A stretch of DNA of 64,000 bases from Octopus sinensis. Its lineage: Eukaryota. The number at the start of each line of letters is the position of its first letter. Position 1 is the stretch's first letter. Below the pieces are notes generated by a model, which worked only from the letters and a program-made list of their open reading frames with translations, did not search any database and was not told the origin of the DNA. Below, piece after piece: positions 14,272 through 26,899 of the stretch. The stretch is taken from contig NC_043013.1 in assembly GCF_006345805.1 (NCBI RefSeq), forward strand, positions 22,382,001-22,446,000. Direction: 5' to 3'. The position numbers and the translations under genes were made by a program.

Positions 14272-14548
14272 TCTTTATATATAAAAGTGAAGTTGTGTGT
14301 CTGTCTCCTACGATTTAGATTCCTAACTACTCCCACATTTTGCGGTGCAGTGTAACCAAAAGTCATGATTCATATCGATCCCTTCTGGGTATTAGCACGC
14401 GTCTACGATGAGTCTACGATTTAAAAAAAAAATTACCATAATTTTTTCCCATTTTTAATGCATTTTTGCTATTATATAAGGGAAGTAACTCTCTAAAAAT
14501 GCTTATATTTCCCTTACAAACCCGAGCAACGCCGGGCGATACTGCTAG
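14272..14548 (+). mobile_element. Non-autonomous Helitron (family H1)
   Basis: A|TCTTTATATATAAAAG start, CCCGAGCAACGCCGGG hairpin, CTAG|T end, no TSD. Confidence 0.85.
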
Positions 14549-14626
14549 TTTTGGATAAAAATTCTTAGCACATTGTTTACATTTGACGGATATTTGCTCT
14601 CATCTTGTTACCTTAGCAACCACCCA

Positions 14627-14769
14627 TTTCGAAATTTCCCCCAAGACATCCGATGAAGGCTGGAGGGTATATCAGCCGAAACGTTATGTTAACAACAAAC
14701 AAGATGAGGACAAATATCTGTCAAATGTAAATAATGTAAATAATTCTTCATCTCTTAAATATAGAACTG
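14627..14769 (+). mobile_element. PLE 3'-end fragment (same family as 17981-18472)
   Basis: Direct similarity to about 18370-18472 and to the reverse complement of 17981-18036. Confidence 0.7.
14645..14690 (+). ncRNA. Minimal hammerhead motif with core mutation (CCGATGA)
   Basis: ACAT/ATGT stem I, GGCTG/CAGCC stem II, GAAACGTT; the U4->C change probably inactivates it. Same family as 18386-18431. Confidence 0.55.
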
Positions 14770-15189
14770 GAAAATTCTTAGCTTTGGTCATTGGCCTGCT
14801 CAACCAGGGTTGATCTGAAAGTAAATGATTACAACAACAACAACAACAACACAAACAACAAAACAAATATGTTTACAATTTTTACATCGCAATTTATTGA
14901 ATTAAATTGATTTATTTTAACAGTAAACAAAGACAAAACTCCAAGTGATTGGGAAGATTTGATTTAGTGAATCGACCAAAGACTTTTACCGATACAACTG
15001 CCATCGATCTACTTTAAAAGAAAAGGAAGCGGAACCGGACACTGCAATGTTCTACTATTTCAGATTCCTCATCGTTTCTATTCTTTTGGATGAATGCAAT
15101 AATTTGTAGGTGGATTCGATCCTTGCGACTCGCGAGCATCCATGCAGCAGGATTCCCTGTTAGTTTCGTTAAACACCATTTAAGTATTT

Positions 15190-15600
15190 GCGCATGCATG
15201 CATGCATGGATTCATGGATGGATGCATGGATGGATGGATGCATGCATGGATGCATGGATGCATGGATGCATGGATGCATGGATGCATGGATGGATGCATG
15301 GATGCATGGATGGATGCATGGATGGATGGATGGATGCATGCATGGATGCATGGATGGATGCATGGATGCATGGATGGATGCATGCATGGATGCATGCATA
15401 GATGGATGCATGCATGGATGGATGCATGGATGGATGGATGCATGGATGGATGGATGGATGCATGGATGGATGGATGCATGCATGGATGGATGCATGGATG
15501 GATGGATGCATGGATGGATGGATGGATGCATGGATGGATGGATGCATGCATGGATGGATGCATGGATGGATGGATGGATGCATGGATGGATGGATGGATG
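15190..15600. repeat. Compound (GGAT/GCAT)n microsatellite
   Basis: Direct inspection. Confidence 0.95.
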
Positions 15601-15949
15601 TGTAAAAATTTTGTGCACATGTTTGCACGTTGGCGTCACCAAAATTGTGACGATTTTTATGTTGCAAATAAATGAGAGGCAGAGATTCTATTAGAAAATT
15701 ACAATTTGTAAATCTCACGAGAGATATTCAGCAACAGTACTTTGGAGTAAAGATTATTTGCCAACATAACATGGCAGTCCTGGTTTAGGACGAATGTTGC
15801 TGTAATTTATCCCCAGGTGACATCGTCTACAGCCGGCTATACGACACGATCTGTGTCCTTATATTTTCGAACAAGGAAATCTAGCACTCCCACTCAGCTC
15901 AAAACAATATATATGTATCTCTTTACTACAGAGAAATAATAGTTGTGAT

Positions 15950-16227
15950 CAGTGGCGGACTGGGTCTAAAAATATTGGTTGCCAGGAGACTAAGAGGACC
16001 CAACTGCAACTAAAAGGGTCCCAGCCGCAACTACAATGCCATCATTTAATTTTAATTTTATTTTTTCTGAAATAATTAATGCATTCTTTCAAGAGTGAAT
16101 AAAAAATTCTCAAACTTGAGGAGATGGGCCCCTTAGATACTAAGATGGTCCCCCCATATATGGATTCTAATGACGCAGGGGCCCACTTGCCATCGAGTAA
16201 GCGGGCAACCTAGCCAGTCCGTCACTG
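15950..16227. mobile_element. hAT-type MITE (278 bp)
   Basis: TIRs CAGTG[G/A]CGGACTGG; perfect 8-bp TSD GTTGTGAT at 15942-15949 and 16228-16235. Confidence 0.85.
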
Positions 16228-17187
16228 GTTGTGATAGCCGTTTATTTTGTCTTCGCTGTTACAGTGTAAGATACTTCTTCGAATTGTAGTTATACAATGA
16301 TAATTTGCCGTCCTGATATCCATTCTGTAAGTAATTATATTTATCTTTTGGCGACAGATAGAAGAAAGAGAGAGAGGGGGGGGAGAAAGAAAGAAAGCGT
16401 AAGAGAGTCTACCTCTCTGGCCGGACAAGTAGATGGGGAGAAGGTTTTATTGTCGTGCGATGACTATCCGTAAGTGAGGGGAGAGAAATGCTCTTCGACT
16501 ACGTGCCAAATGACCAAAGTGACAGAACTGATTTGGGGTTCCGTATTTATATTTTTGAACTCTATTTCACCTAAGAATGCTAATTTACACAACAGATTTA
16601 ATCAAGTGTGACTATTGACCTCGTAAATTTCTTAGAGCAAAAGCTGAGAACAGCAGGAACACAACATGTAGAAAAATGTAGATTCGGTTTCGAATCCTGG
16701 CTTAGAATCTAAGAAGCTATTCGTTGCATATATATATATATGGATATATATATATATATTAATAAATAAAATAAACATATGCATATATATAAACATATAT
16801 GTACGTACCTACCTCTACATGTACATATACACGCATATATGAGTACAGGACACCAAAGGGACGTCGAACACAATGAGAAACGAAAACATAGACACAAACC
16901 AAAGGAACTGGACATTTTTTTAAACAACAAAAAAATAGAGTACAGGACAATTAACACAAAGAAAAAACCCCTTCTTCAGTCGCTATGGTTTCATCTACTC
17001 TACGTTTCGAAGCTGAAAGCGAGACGTATCTTCGACAAGAAACTTTCCTTCCTGCGAAAAGCAAATCAATTAAAATTCTGAGATCTTTTCGCAGAGGGGT
17101 AAAAAATGGTAACAAAAACAGGACAGTAACGACAGTACAAATTATAAACAGTAAAAGACAGGACAAGGAAAAACAAGATAAGGAGGG

Positions 17188-17272
<85 letters not shown>

Positions 17273-17980
17273 CCTAGATGCGCGTGTGTTGTGAGAATAG
17301 AAACAAAATTTATAAGTTTTTGCCTTCAGCCTGTTTAAAGTTTACAATGGGTTTCTCTCTAAATTCATTTACTGAAAGAAAGAAAATGTGATTCGATGCG
17401 TTTTTCGGTTGTTCTCTTTACCTATTTCTCAAAGGTTGCAGCTATGGCATAGCTTTGTGGTCTTCGGAATTCTACAAGAAATGCAAGTCGCAGCAGACTT
17501 CCAAATGACAATATGTCGTTGCACGTGAATTTGCCGCTTCAACGCTTCTACTTTATCGTGCTGCAAAATTGATGAGGAACCGAAGACCAGCGTCTGCAAC
17601 CAATGTTCTTCGTCGTGACCCACGTACTGCGTTTCCCTGTATACTGCAGTACCAGACAGTGGATAGGTACTTCATAGTTTCAAAGGCTATGCATGCATTC
17701 CCCGTCCTCTCTGCCTCGGTTAGTGGAGCAGACATCGTGGCACAAACAGGCATCTTCTATCTATTTCTTTGTAAGTATGCGAAAGCGCCCCCTGTTTTTA
17801 GTAAAAAAATAAAAATAGAAAGGATGTGATTTTACTCTTCGACTTTTCTTTTATGAATTTCTCGAGCGCTGTCTTTTGATATAATTCTCCCACCGTTTTT
17901 CGAAAGAGAGCTGAGCATGCGCAGAGCTTCTCTTGCCATATTTCTTGCCATATTTCTCTTGCCATAATAGTGTTAAAGCT

Positions 17981-18472
17981 CAGTTCCATATTTAAGAGAT
18001 GAGGAATTATGTACATTATTTACATTATTTACATTATCCTGTGGGATGACGTTAAAATAATTGACAGCGAACAGCACTGGAAAATACGAAAACTAAAAGA
18101 AGCAGCACATATGCTAGGACACAACAACCTCCTAAGCAGACCGAGTGCAGATATGAATAGCATATGGGAACTGCTATTAAGAAAGGATAGGAAAATATTA
18201 GATTTATAAGCCCTAAAAATTCACTCCATAATTACCTACGGGCATATGGCGTAGTGGTTAAGAGCGCAGGCTACTAACCCCAAGATTCCAAGTCTGGTTC
18301 CAAGCAGTGACCTAAATAATAATAATAATAATTACAACATCGAAAAGTATTTTAGGAATGAGAACCCAGGTTCGAAATTTCCCAAAACACCTGATGAAGG
18401 CTGGAGGGTATATCAGACGAAACGTTGTGTTAACAACAAACAAGATGAGGACAAATATCTGTCAAATGTAAA
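17981..18472 (+). mobile_element. 5'-truncated Penelope-like element with short inverted copy of its tail
   Basis: ORF remnant LWDDVKIIDSEQHWKIRKLKEAAHM..IWELLL (PLE GIY-YIG C-terminal pattern); 17981-18036 is the reverse complement of the family tail also seen at about 14722-14769; hammerhead at 18386. Confidence 0.65.
18386..18431 (+). ncRNA. Minimal type I hammerhead motif in PLE 3' end
   Basis: AACAC/GTGTT stem I, CTGATGA, GGCTG/CAGAC stem II (one mismatch), GAAA, palindromic ACGT stem III. Confidence 0.65.
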
Positions 18473-18880
18473 TCTATATATAAAAAAAACTGAAGTTGTG
18501 TGGTTTCTGTCTCCTACGATTTAGATTCCTAACTACTTCCACATTTTGCGGTGCAGTTTAACCAAAAGCGGGTATCTCATAGTCGTGATTCATATCGAGC
18601 CCTTCTGGGTATTAGCGCACGTCTACAATGAGTCTACGATTTAAAAAAAAAATTACCATCATTCTTTTCCATTTTTAATGCATTTTTTTTGCTATTATAT
18701 AAGGGAAGTAACTTTCTAAAAATGTCTACGATGAGTCTACGATTTAAAAAAAAATTTACCATCATTCTTTTCCATTTTTAATGCATTTTTTTTGCTATCA
18801 TATAAGGGAAGTAACTCTCTAAAAATGCTTATATAGTTATTTCCCTTACAAACCCGAGCAACGCCGGGCGATACTGCTAG
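18473..18880 (+). mobile_element. Helitron H1 with an internal tandem duplication of about 120 bp
   Basis: Same termini as 14272-14548; inserted at an A|T in the PLE tail. Confidence 0.85.
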
Positions 18881-19297
18881 TAAGTATTAAACCTGTCGTT
18901 ATTTTTTTTCTTTTTGCATTTGTATATCTGATCACAACTGAGTTTGTTTAACTGTAGTAACGTTTTATCATTCCTCTTTTAGCCTGCTTGTGTTCGCAAA
19001 GTTTTCGAATTTTCTTGGAAATTCTTCTGGTCAGATTCGTTGTTACCACGTTTTTGCTCAGCAGGTCTTGCTCTCCTTTTACAAGAAGCTCTATTCAATA
19101 TTTTGAATGTTTGCAAAAAAAAAATTAATGTATTAATTTTTTTTTTTTTTTTTTCACTCAAGGCAATGGAGTGTATATTCAACAATCGCAAATCCTTTGC
19201 TGGTAAGAATAAGCCAAGAAGAATATAATATTTCCCACCGAATAAAACATGGTGAAATCTAAATATTCTCTGCAGCTATGTGATATATTGTCGGTTT

Positions 19298-19776
19298 ATC
19301 ATCATCATTGTTCGACTGTGGTCGAGACAATGGAATTTACTATGTTACGCCAGACTTCACGGTCCATCATAGCATTACGGAGGTCCTGTTGCTGGATGCC
19401 TGTATCCCTGGAGATTACATCAGGGTAGGAGAGTGTGCGCCCTCTGGTATTGCGAGTAGATGGCTTCCAGAGGAGAAGAGTAGAAATTACTTCTTTTTCA
19501 GCTCTACAACAATGTCCAGCAAATTGGACTCTCCTACCTTTCACAAGAGATGACACAGGTGGTAGTTTCCCATATATTTGCATTTTGGTTGGATGGCGCT
19601 TCCACGAGAGATTTTGAGCTCTCATAAGGAGGCGAGTATAGGTTCCATCCAACCGCCTCTCAAGCTTCTTTGATAACGTCCAGGTTTCTGAGCCATATAG
19701 TAGAATTGGTTCGACTGTGGCTTTGAATATTTCAAGTTTGAAGTCTCTACTTAGATTTGATGACCAGATCTTATGC
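19298..19776 (-). mobile_element. 5'-truncated RTE-clade LINE 3' end, just downstream of the GPCR stop
   Basis: FKATVEPILLYGSETWTLSKK..RRVQFAGHC..DREVWR ending in a (TGA)n tail. Confidence 0.8.
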
Positions 19777-20036
19777 ATATCATTGTCGGTTATAGAAGAT
19801 AACAACAAAAACAACGGCAACAAAACAAACAACACCAATAATAATGGCTTCAAATTTTTCCAAGGACTGCCGTTTGGGGGGGGGGGGTGCTGCTGCTGCT
19901 GCTGATGATGATGATGATAATGATGATAATGGGTAATGATTATGAAGAGATAATGATCTCGTAGTCGTGGCAATGTTGGTGATAGTGGCAGTGACAGAGA
20001 CGGGGGTTAAGCAGTGGAAACACTAAAGATGATCAC

Positions 20037-20099
<63 letters not shown>

Positions 20100-20141
20100 G
20101 GTGGTGGTGGTGGTGGTGGTACGGTTACAGTTGTAATTTCA

Positions 20142-20480
20142 TCAGTTTTTAGTGATGGAGTACACTTGAGTCTCTTGGATGGAACAGTTGGCCACCTTCC
20201 GTTGCTCGTCTCGACACTGAAACAAGAGGATTCTCTTGAAAGCCTTCCGGAAATGCTCGTTGTTGGTGACGTAGACCACCGGATTGAGACAGGAATTCAC
20301 GTGTGCAATTGTTACCGAATAGATGTGGACGAGAGGATTGAAAGTGTCGTGGATGTCTGAGAGGGCAATGAAAGCATAGGGCATCCAACAAACGGCAAAC
20401 ACGACGAACAGCGAGAAGAGGGTCGTCATCAGCTTTTTGGATTCTTGCAAAGTATTTTTCTTCTCCGACTCGTTCCGGTT
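20142..20480 (-). CDS. GPCR coding exon 4 (TM6-TM7, C-terminus, TGA stop)
   Basis: Long polypyrimidine tract + TAG acceptor at 20481-20483; NRNESEKK...FAVCWMPY (CWxP)...AHVNSCLNPVVY (NPxxY)...FRKAF (helix 8). The four exons total 1014 nt = 337 aa + stop. Confidence 0.92.
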   Translation of the reverse strand, partial: NRNESEKKNTLQESKKLMTTLFSLFVVFAVCWMPYAFIALSDIHDTFNPLVHIYSVTIAHVNSCLNPVVYVTNNEHFRKAFKRILLFQCRDEQRKVANCSIQETQVYSITKN

Positions 20481-20567
20481 CTATAAGAAAAAAAGAATTG
20501 GATTAAAAGAGAGAAAAAAATGAAAACTAAATGAGAAAATAAAATAGGGATTTCGTATGCTTAACCC

Positions 20568-20988
20568 AGGCGCAGGAGAGGCTGTGTGGTAAGTAGCTTG
20601 CTAACCAACCACATGGTTCCGGGTTCAGTCCCACTGCGTGGCATCTTGGGCAAGTGTCTTCTGCTATAGCCCCGGGCCGACCAATACCTTGTGAGTGGAT
20701 TTGGTAGACGGAAACTGAAAGAAGCCTGTCGTATGTATGTATATATATATTTATATGTATGTATGTGTTTGTGTGTCTGTGTTTGTACCCCTAGCATTGC
20801 TTGACAACCGATGCTGGTGTGTTTACGTCTCCGTCACTTAGCGGTTCGGCAAAAGAGACCGATAGAATAAGTACTGGGCTTACAAAGAATAAGTCCCGGG
20901 GTCGAGTTGCTCGACTAAAGGCGGTGCTCTAGCATGGCCGCAGTCAAATGACTGAAACAAGTAAAAGAGTAAAGAGTAAAAGAGTAAC
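20568..20988 (+). mobile_element. CORE-like SINE (family B)
   Basis: Head GGCGCAGGAG..GGTTCCGGGTTCAGTCCC, CORE-like ATCTTGGGCAAGTG, (AAGAGTA)n tail; lies 88 bp from the exon-4 acceptor. Confidence 0.8.
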
Positions 20989-23244
20989 CCTTGATCTTAC
21001 ACTAAAATCATCAATCTGATCCCTTAATTCCTCGTCTTATATTCTAAGCCAGCTTGCACGGTCTTTTCAATATGGCGTTTATGGCGTGAAAATAGTGAGG
21101 AATATAAGTTCAGGCGTGGCTGTGTGGTTAGAAGTTTCTTTCCAAACAATATAGTTCCAGGTTCAGTTCCACTGCGTGTCACCTCCGGCAAATGTTTTTT
21201 TTTTTTTACTTTAGCCGCGTGTCAACCAAAGCCTGGTGAGTGGATTTGTCAGACGAAAACTGAAAGAAGCCCGTCGTAGATGTGTTTGTGTGTGTGTTTG
21301 TCCCACACCACCACCTGGAAACCTGTGTTGATATGTTTACGTCACTGTAATTTAGTGGTTCAGCAAAACTGGCCGAAAGAATAAATATCAGGCTTTTACA
21401 AATTGGACAGGGGGCGATTCGTTCAACTAAAATTCTTCAAGGCGGGCGCTCCAGCATGGCCGCGGTCTAATGATTGAAACAAATAAAAGATGAAAGACAA
21501 ACGAATAGCCACTCACTTTTTACTAGAACTAAATCTCCAGTTTATAAAGAAAGATTTCGGGCAAGCGTCACCCGCATCATACTCTCCAAACAAATGCAAC
21601 TATTTTCTCGCATAAAATGTTCAAGATCAGAAATGGCAGCCGAGTGCAATCTGTTCCGCCGGTTCCCCTACTTCTCACGACTTCAGAGTCACTGTCTGTT
21701 TCTACTAACAATATACAAACCAATAAGGAAGCCTCCGCGAGGTCGCCCGACCAGTGCTTGAAATAACAGCTAAATTTCTCTCAAATCACAAAACCACATT
21801 CAAACATCTCACAAAAATAAAAGGACACAACGATTAATGGAGTTTTCAGATAGACTATATCTAAAAAATATAAATAATTAAGCGGGATGGTCACAGCTGG
21901 AGTACATTTGGTCATAGGCCTGTTCAGTCAGTACTGACCTTTTACTAAACAACAACTGATAATTTTTTTTTCTTTGAAGCAAGTCTTTACATAGTCGCTC
22001 GACCTGCTAAAAATGGCTAATTTTTTCTTGAAATCCCACTCTAAAAAAGAAAGAACATATTTGAAAATGAAAACAGACGGTGCCTAAAAAATGGCAGCTG
22101 GTCGCGGCTGGAACGCTTTTTGCTCACTGGTTTGTCTGCTCGATGAGAAATGAGTAGAATTTAAACAACAGCAGCAAAAATTAACAATTGATGACAATAG
22201 TCTCTTTCCAGTGGCAAATATTAGAGGTGAAAAGTTCGTGGTTTGCCCCGTTCACTCCGTACGTTCAATTCCTGATGGAAAACTCTTAAACTTGACTCTA
22301 CTGATGTAGTTTTGTTTTGGCGAATCGCCTTCCTCCATCTCTTTGTAATATAAATCTTGTTGCCAGATTAACAGCTTCAGGCATGGCTACATAAAATTTG
22401 CTTCGAAACATTACGGTTTCAGATTTGATCCCACTCCGCGGCACGTTGGGCAAAGATCAACTAAATCCTTTCACTAGCTTTAAGTATAAACATAAATCAA
22501 ACTAGTTTCGTCTTTCAGGAAATAATCATTAGACTTCGCCTGTTTTGCTTTCCTGTCCGTTGACTGTGATGTGAAGATCTACTTGTAGGCAATGTAAACA
22601 AAGGCGTGACAAACATAATTCAATTTACATAAAAACGTACATTCTATAAATTTTATTGACTAAATGGTAATAGCTTTGTATACGTGTTCATTCATTATCA
22701 CACTATAAACCTTGCATTATTCTGCCCATTGTTATAATCTTGTTTATATCTTCTAAACAAAGTTGGTTCGATTTTCTTTGCAAGCCGCCGGATAGCTTTT
22801 AGAACCTGTCTGCAATGAATACAATAATCTCCATAAGGTTTCCATTATTTGATGAGCTCTTCTTCACCTTTCATTGAAACACTTCATAAACGCTACAATT
22901 AATTTCAGCACTTCAAAATTGTATTCTATGTTTAGTTCTTATCTGTTCCACCGGTTTCAGCTCCATAGTGTCTTCATTCATCATTCTTCTTATCCAACAC
23001 GACATTATTCTCTTACGCTCCACTCCATCTTCACAATATTTCAGAGTTCTGATTGCATTTATCCAGCCACATCCTCCAGCTGTTGCCAATGATGTCTGGC
23101 TTTTAAAAAATATTTCGCAAACAAAACTCTTTAAACAGCTTTACTCTTTAAGGAGTCATTTTTCCAATACTTTTTTCAAAATATTTATTTGAGAATCCCC
23201 TGTTCCGCTTCTTTTAAACTCTGGTAAATTTGGTATACTCTTTT

Positions 23245-23651
23245 AATTGTTTCTGTCATTTGAACTGTGGCCATGCTGGAGCGCCGCCTTTAGTCGAACA
23301 AATAAACCCCAGGACTTATTCTTTGGAAGCCTAGTAATTATTCTATCGGTCACTTTTGACGACCCGCTAAGCTACGGGGACGTAAACACACCAGCATCGG
23401 TTGTCAAGCGATGTTGGCAGGAGGGACAAACACAGACACACAAACATATATATACACACACACATACATATATATGTAAATATATACGATGGGCTTCTTT
23501 CAGTTTCCGTCTACCAAATCCACTCTCAAGGCTTTGGTCGGCCCGAGGCTATAGTAAAAGACACTTGCCCAAGGTGCCACGCAGTGGGACTGAACCCGGA
23601 ACCATGTGGTTCGTAAGCAAGCTACTTACCACACAGCCACTCCTACGCCTA
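23245..23651 (-). mobile_element. SINE family B
   Basis: Reverse complement of the 20568 copy. Confidence 0.8.
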
Positions 23652-23753
23652 TAGTGAGTGAGTGAGATAGGAAGAAATACTGTATATTTATAAATAGTTG
23701 AAGAGTTACCAGGTTCATGTGCACTTCGACCTTTCACTTGTGCCACAGAAATT

Positions 23754-23798
<45 letters not shown>

Positions 23799-23829
23799 GT
23801 TGTGTTGATATGTAACGTATGTAGCAACA

Positions 23830-25450
23830 GAAATTACTATCATGCTAACAGTGTTATTGTTCTTGCTATACGAAATGTTTAGGTCATTCAGTGCAAACAT
23901 TTGCTGCTCAGAAATTTTACAAATAAAACCAAGCCGTAAGTCGTTTCTGCAACAAAAATATAAAGCTCGAAGTTTAATGAAACACGATGTAACAATGGAG
24001 ATCCATTTAGTGCGTGTACGAGATGCTTACAGAAATGTACCAATTCCCCCAGGTAGAATCAACGACTCGATGTTTTTCCAAGAATCAGAGATCATAATAA
24101 ATAAACTATCACTGACTGTGAATGAGTTGATAATTTATGGCAATCATTTGCCTGTATTGTTCTTCATCGAAGGCAGCACGCAACGCGTTCGGGCGACATT
24201 AGTTCTTGTATTGTTTCTTTGATTCCTTGATCGAGCGACTGCACCTTTGAAGTGGTGTTCTGGAATAAAAACAACCGCTTGGCCAGCTAGGCTTCACAAT
24301 TCTAATTGGTCACCTTGTACACCGTATGATCTCGTGTTGTCAACAAATAGGTCGATAGGTACAAATTCTTGCAGAAACCTGAATAAGAAGTAAACTGAAT
24401 GCGTCATCCATGATTTGTTTGTGGTTTGTATTTCATGGTAAATGAGATCCTGTCGTAGATCTTGAAGCAGCTTAAATTAGGTGTGTGGAGGCGCAATGAC
24501 CCTGTGGTTAGGGCAGCGGACTCGCGGTCATAGGATCGCGGTTTCGATTCCCAGACCGGGCGTTGTGAGTGTTTATTGAGCGAAAACACCTAAACGTTCC
24601 ACGAGGCTCCGGCAGGGGATGGTGGTGATCCCTGCTGTACTCTTTCACCACAACTTTCTCTCACTCTTACTTCCTGTTTCTGTTGTACCTGTATTTCAAG
24701 GGGCCGGCCTTGTCACTCTCTGTGTCACGCTGAATATCCCCGAGAACTACGTTAAGGGTGCACGTGTCTGTGGAGTGCTCAGCCACTTACACGTTAATTT
24801 CACGAGCAGGCTGTTCCGTTGATTCGGATCAACCGGAACCCTCATCGTCGTAACCGACGGAGTGCTTCCCAAAATTAGGTGTATTACTAGATGCGGACAA
24901 GCAGTGATTTATGAGTATGTACCAGTGATGTTGTGGAATGGTTAAATTTTAATGTGATCCTTTTTTGCATATTATGTCCAAATACCTGCTTTTCTTCGGT
25001 GGACACTTGCGATTTACTCTGAAACACACACCGAAAAATATCACTTCCATTTGCATTGCACAAATACTCAACTTCGTAATTTTCTTTATGGATGATAGCT
25101 TTCAGCTTTTGTCTAAATTCTCTTCCTGAACTGTCATCCATTGGTTGTCTGCTCTCCAAGAACGTTGATAAACTTTGTAAAGATGCACCCAAATCAATGA
25201 TACGTTGTGGTCGAACTCTTGTGCTTTATTTGCGTTGATTTGTCCATGGAAACTGGCAGCTAATTCTTACAACATCGAACGTAATCCTCTTTCTATGCTG
25301 CTGCGAAAACCACAAAAATATGACAAATTTGGGTTGTTCATCTTTCACTGACTTCGTAGATTTTCACTCGAATGTGAAGTATTAACTGAAGTTAATATTT
25401 CTTATGATTTACAAATGAAATTCACATTTGAAAATTTCCTCAATCGGGAT
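23830..25450 (-). mobile_element. Degenerate pogo/Tigger-like transposase remnant interrupted by a SINE
   Basis: EFRQKLKAIIHKENY..YLCNANGSDIF..KRIT and KSWMT..FVDN motifs resemble the pogo DDE_1 region; boundaries approximate. Confidence 0.5.
24485..24871 (+). mobile_element. SINE family A
   Basis: 11-bp TSD AAATTAGGTGT (24474-24484 / 24872-24882). Confidence 0.88.
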
Positions 25451-25971
25451 TCTGTTTTCTTGATGTTGGACACTTGCTTTTCTAATGTTGTCCTCTTGAG
25501 TACTCTTTGATGCTTTTACTTATCCCTTAGTTGCCAGACTCGGTCTAAGTACATTCACCTCACACTATCAATTCTTTGCCTCTTAACCTATCTCTATGGC
25601 GCCTTTGTGTAGAGCAGTTTTACTCTCCCCTCCCCACCTCCCTTTACATGCCATCCTTTTCCTCCCACTTAGTGACCTCTCTAAACACATCCACCTCATT
25701 TCTTTTTAGGGCGACCAACCCTCCAACTATTACTTTCATTGGCCATGTTGTTTTGGGGTGTTGTTATTTTTCTTTTTTGATTTTTCAACTTATCATTCGT
25801 GCTGTATCTAATTTGAAAGTGCGTCAGCATCAAACCTGAGAGTCAGGTTTGATGCTGAATTACTTAAAGAGTGAAACAGAGATTTCCCGAGCCCTTTTTG
25901 CCCTTCGTGGCCTTTTGCAGAGAGCAGTTATTCTTACATTAATTCGATAGGAAAGAAACGATGGGTCTCAC

Positions 25972-26390
25972 CTTATTGAGCCTTTCCTTCGCTTGGTAGA
26001 AGTGGTAGAATATCATAATGTAGCTCACCGTTGTAATTACCACTGGCAATGAAATACCGAGAATGGTGATGAAGATGGTATTGCCAAGGCTAGCGGTTCG
26101 ATCCCAGATGCAGGTGAGCGTCTTCTTGTCGTAACCGTGGTTTCCCCATGGCATGAAATTTACAGTTTCCAGCATGATCCCAAACACCCACAGGCCAATC
26201 GCTATGATCAAGCTTTTCATCGGAGTAAATATTGAGCGGTAGAAGCTATGGTGACATATGAAGATGAAGCGATTGAAGGCCACGGCTGTGATGTTGAAGA
26301 GCGAAACCAGGCAGCAGACCAAACAGAAAAACCCGATGAACTCACAAAGGGCTCTCTTGTCCTTGAAATACACCTCACCCGCTATAGCAC
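25972..26390 (-). CDS. GPCR coding exon 3 (TM3-TM5; 419 nt)
   Basis: Acceptor TTGCAG| completes the phase-1 Gly; ALCEF (TM3 Cys), AFNRFIFIC (NRF in place of DRY), TM4 Trp, ECL2 TCIWD, TM5 LP..SY; donor AAG|GTGAGA, phase 0. Confidence 0.92.
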
Positions 26391-26419
26391 CTGCAATGAC
26401 AAGTAAAAGAATGAGGAAC

Positions 26420-26745
26420 ATACATACATACATACATACACACACACATACATTCATACATACATGCATACATACATACACACATACATACACACATACA
26501 TACACACATACATACCTACATACATACATACATATATGCATACATACATACATACACACACACATTCATTCATACATACATACATACATACATACATACA
26601 TACATACATACACACATACACACATACACACATACATACCTACATACACATATACATACATATATACATACATACATATATACATACATACATATATACA
26701 TACATACATATATACACAGATACACACATTCATACATACACATAC

Positions 26746-26778
<33 letters not shown>

Positions 26779-26795
26779 CATACCTACATACATGC
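26420..26795. repeat. (CATA)n-type compound microsatellite at the exon-3 acceptor
   Basis: Direct inspection. Confidence 0.9.
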
Positions 26796-26899
26796 ATTTG
26801 GGCTCAACTCTCCCCCCCTTTTCATCTCTCCCCTCTCACCCCACCCCCATCCACCGTCCCCCTCTCTTCTCTCCTTCTCTCCTCCTCTCTCTCTCTCTG

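Noticed and set aside
15090-15718. Multiple 100-168 aa ORFs (MHGWMD / HPSIHP repeats) on both strands
   Set aside because: Products of a stop-free tetranucleotide microsatellite.
16995-17040. TCGAAGA..GAAACGTA motif (similar strings near 45230 and 45950)
   Set aside because: Core is non-canonical without 3-8 complementarity and the stems are weak.
17340-17980. Possible piggyBac C-terminal Cys-rich relic (CISCRIPKTTKLCHSC)
   Set aside because: No TTAA/TIR pair found and the similarity is too weak to call by eye.
18240-18313. Bona fide tRNA gene (also all SINE heads)
   Set aside because: No complete cloverleaf or acceptor stem; B box decayed; embedded in repeats.
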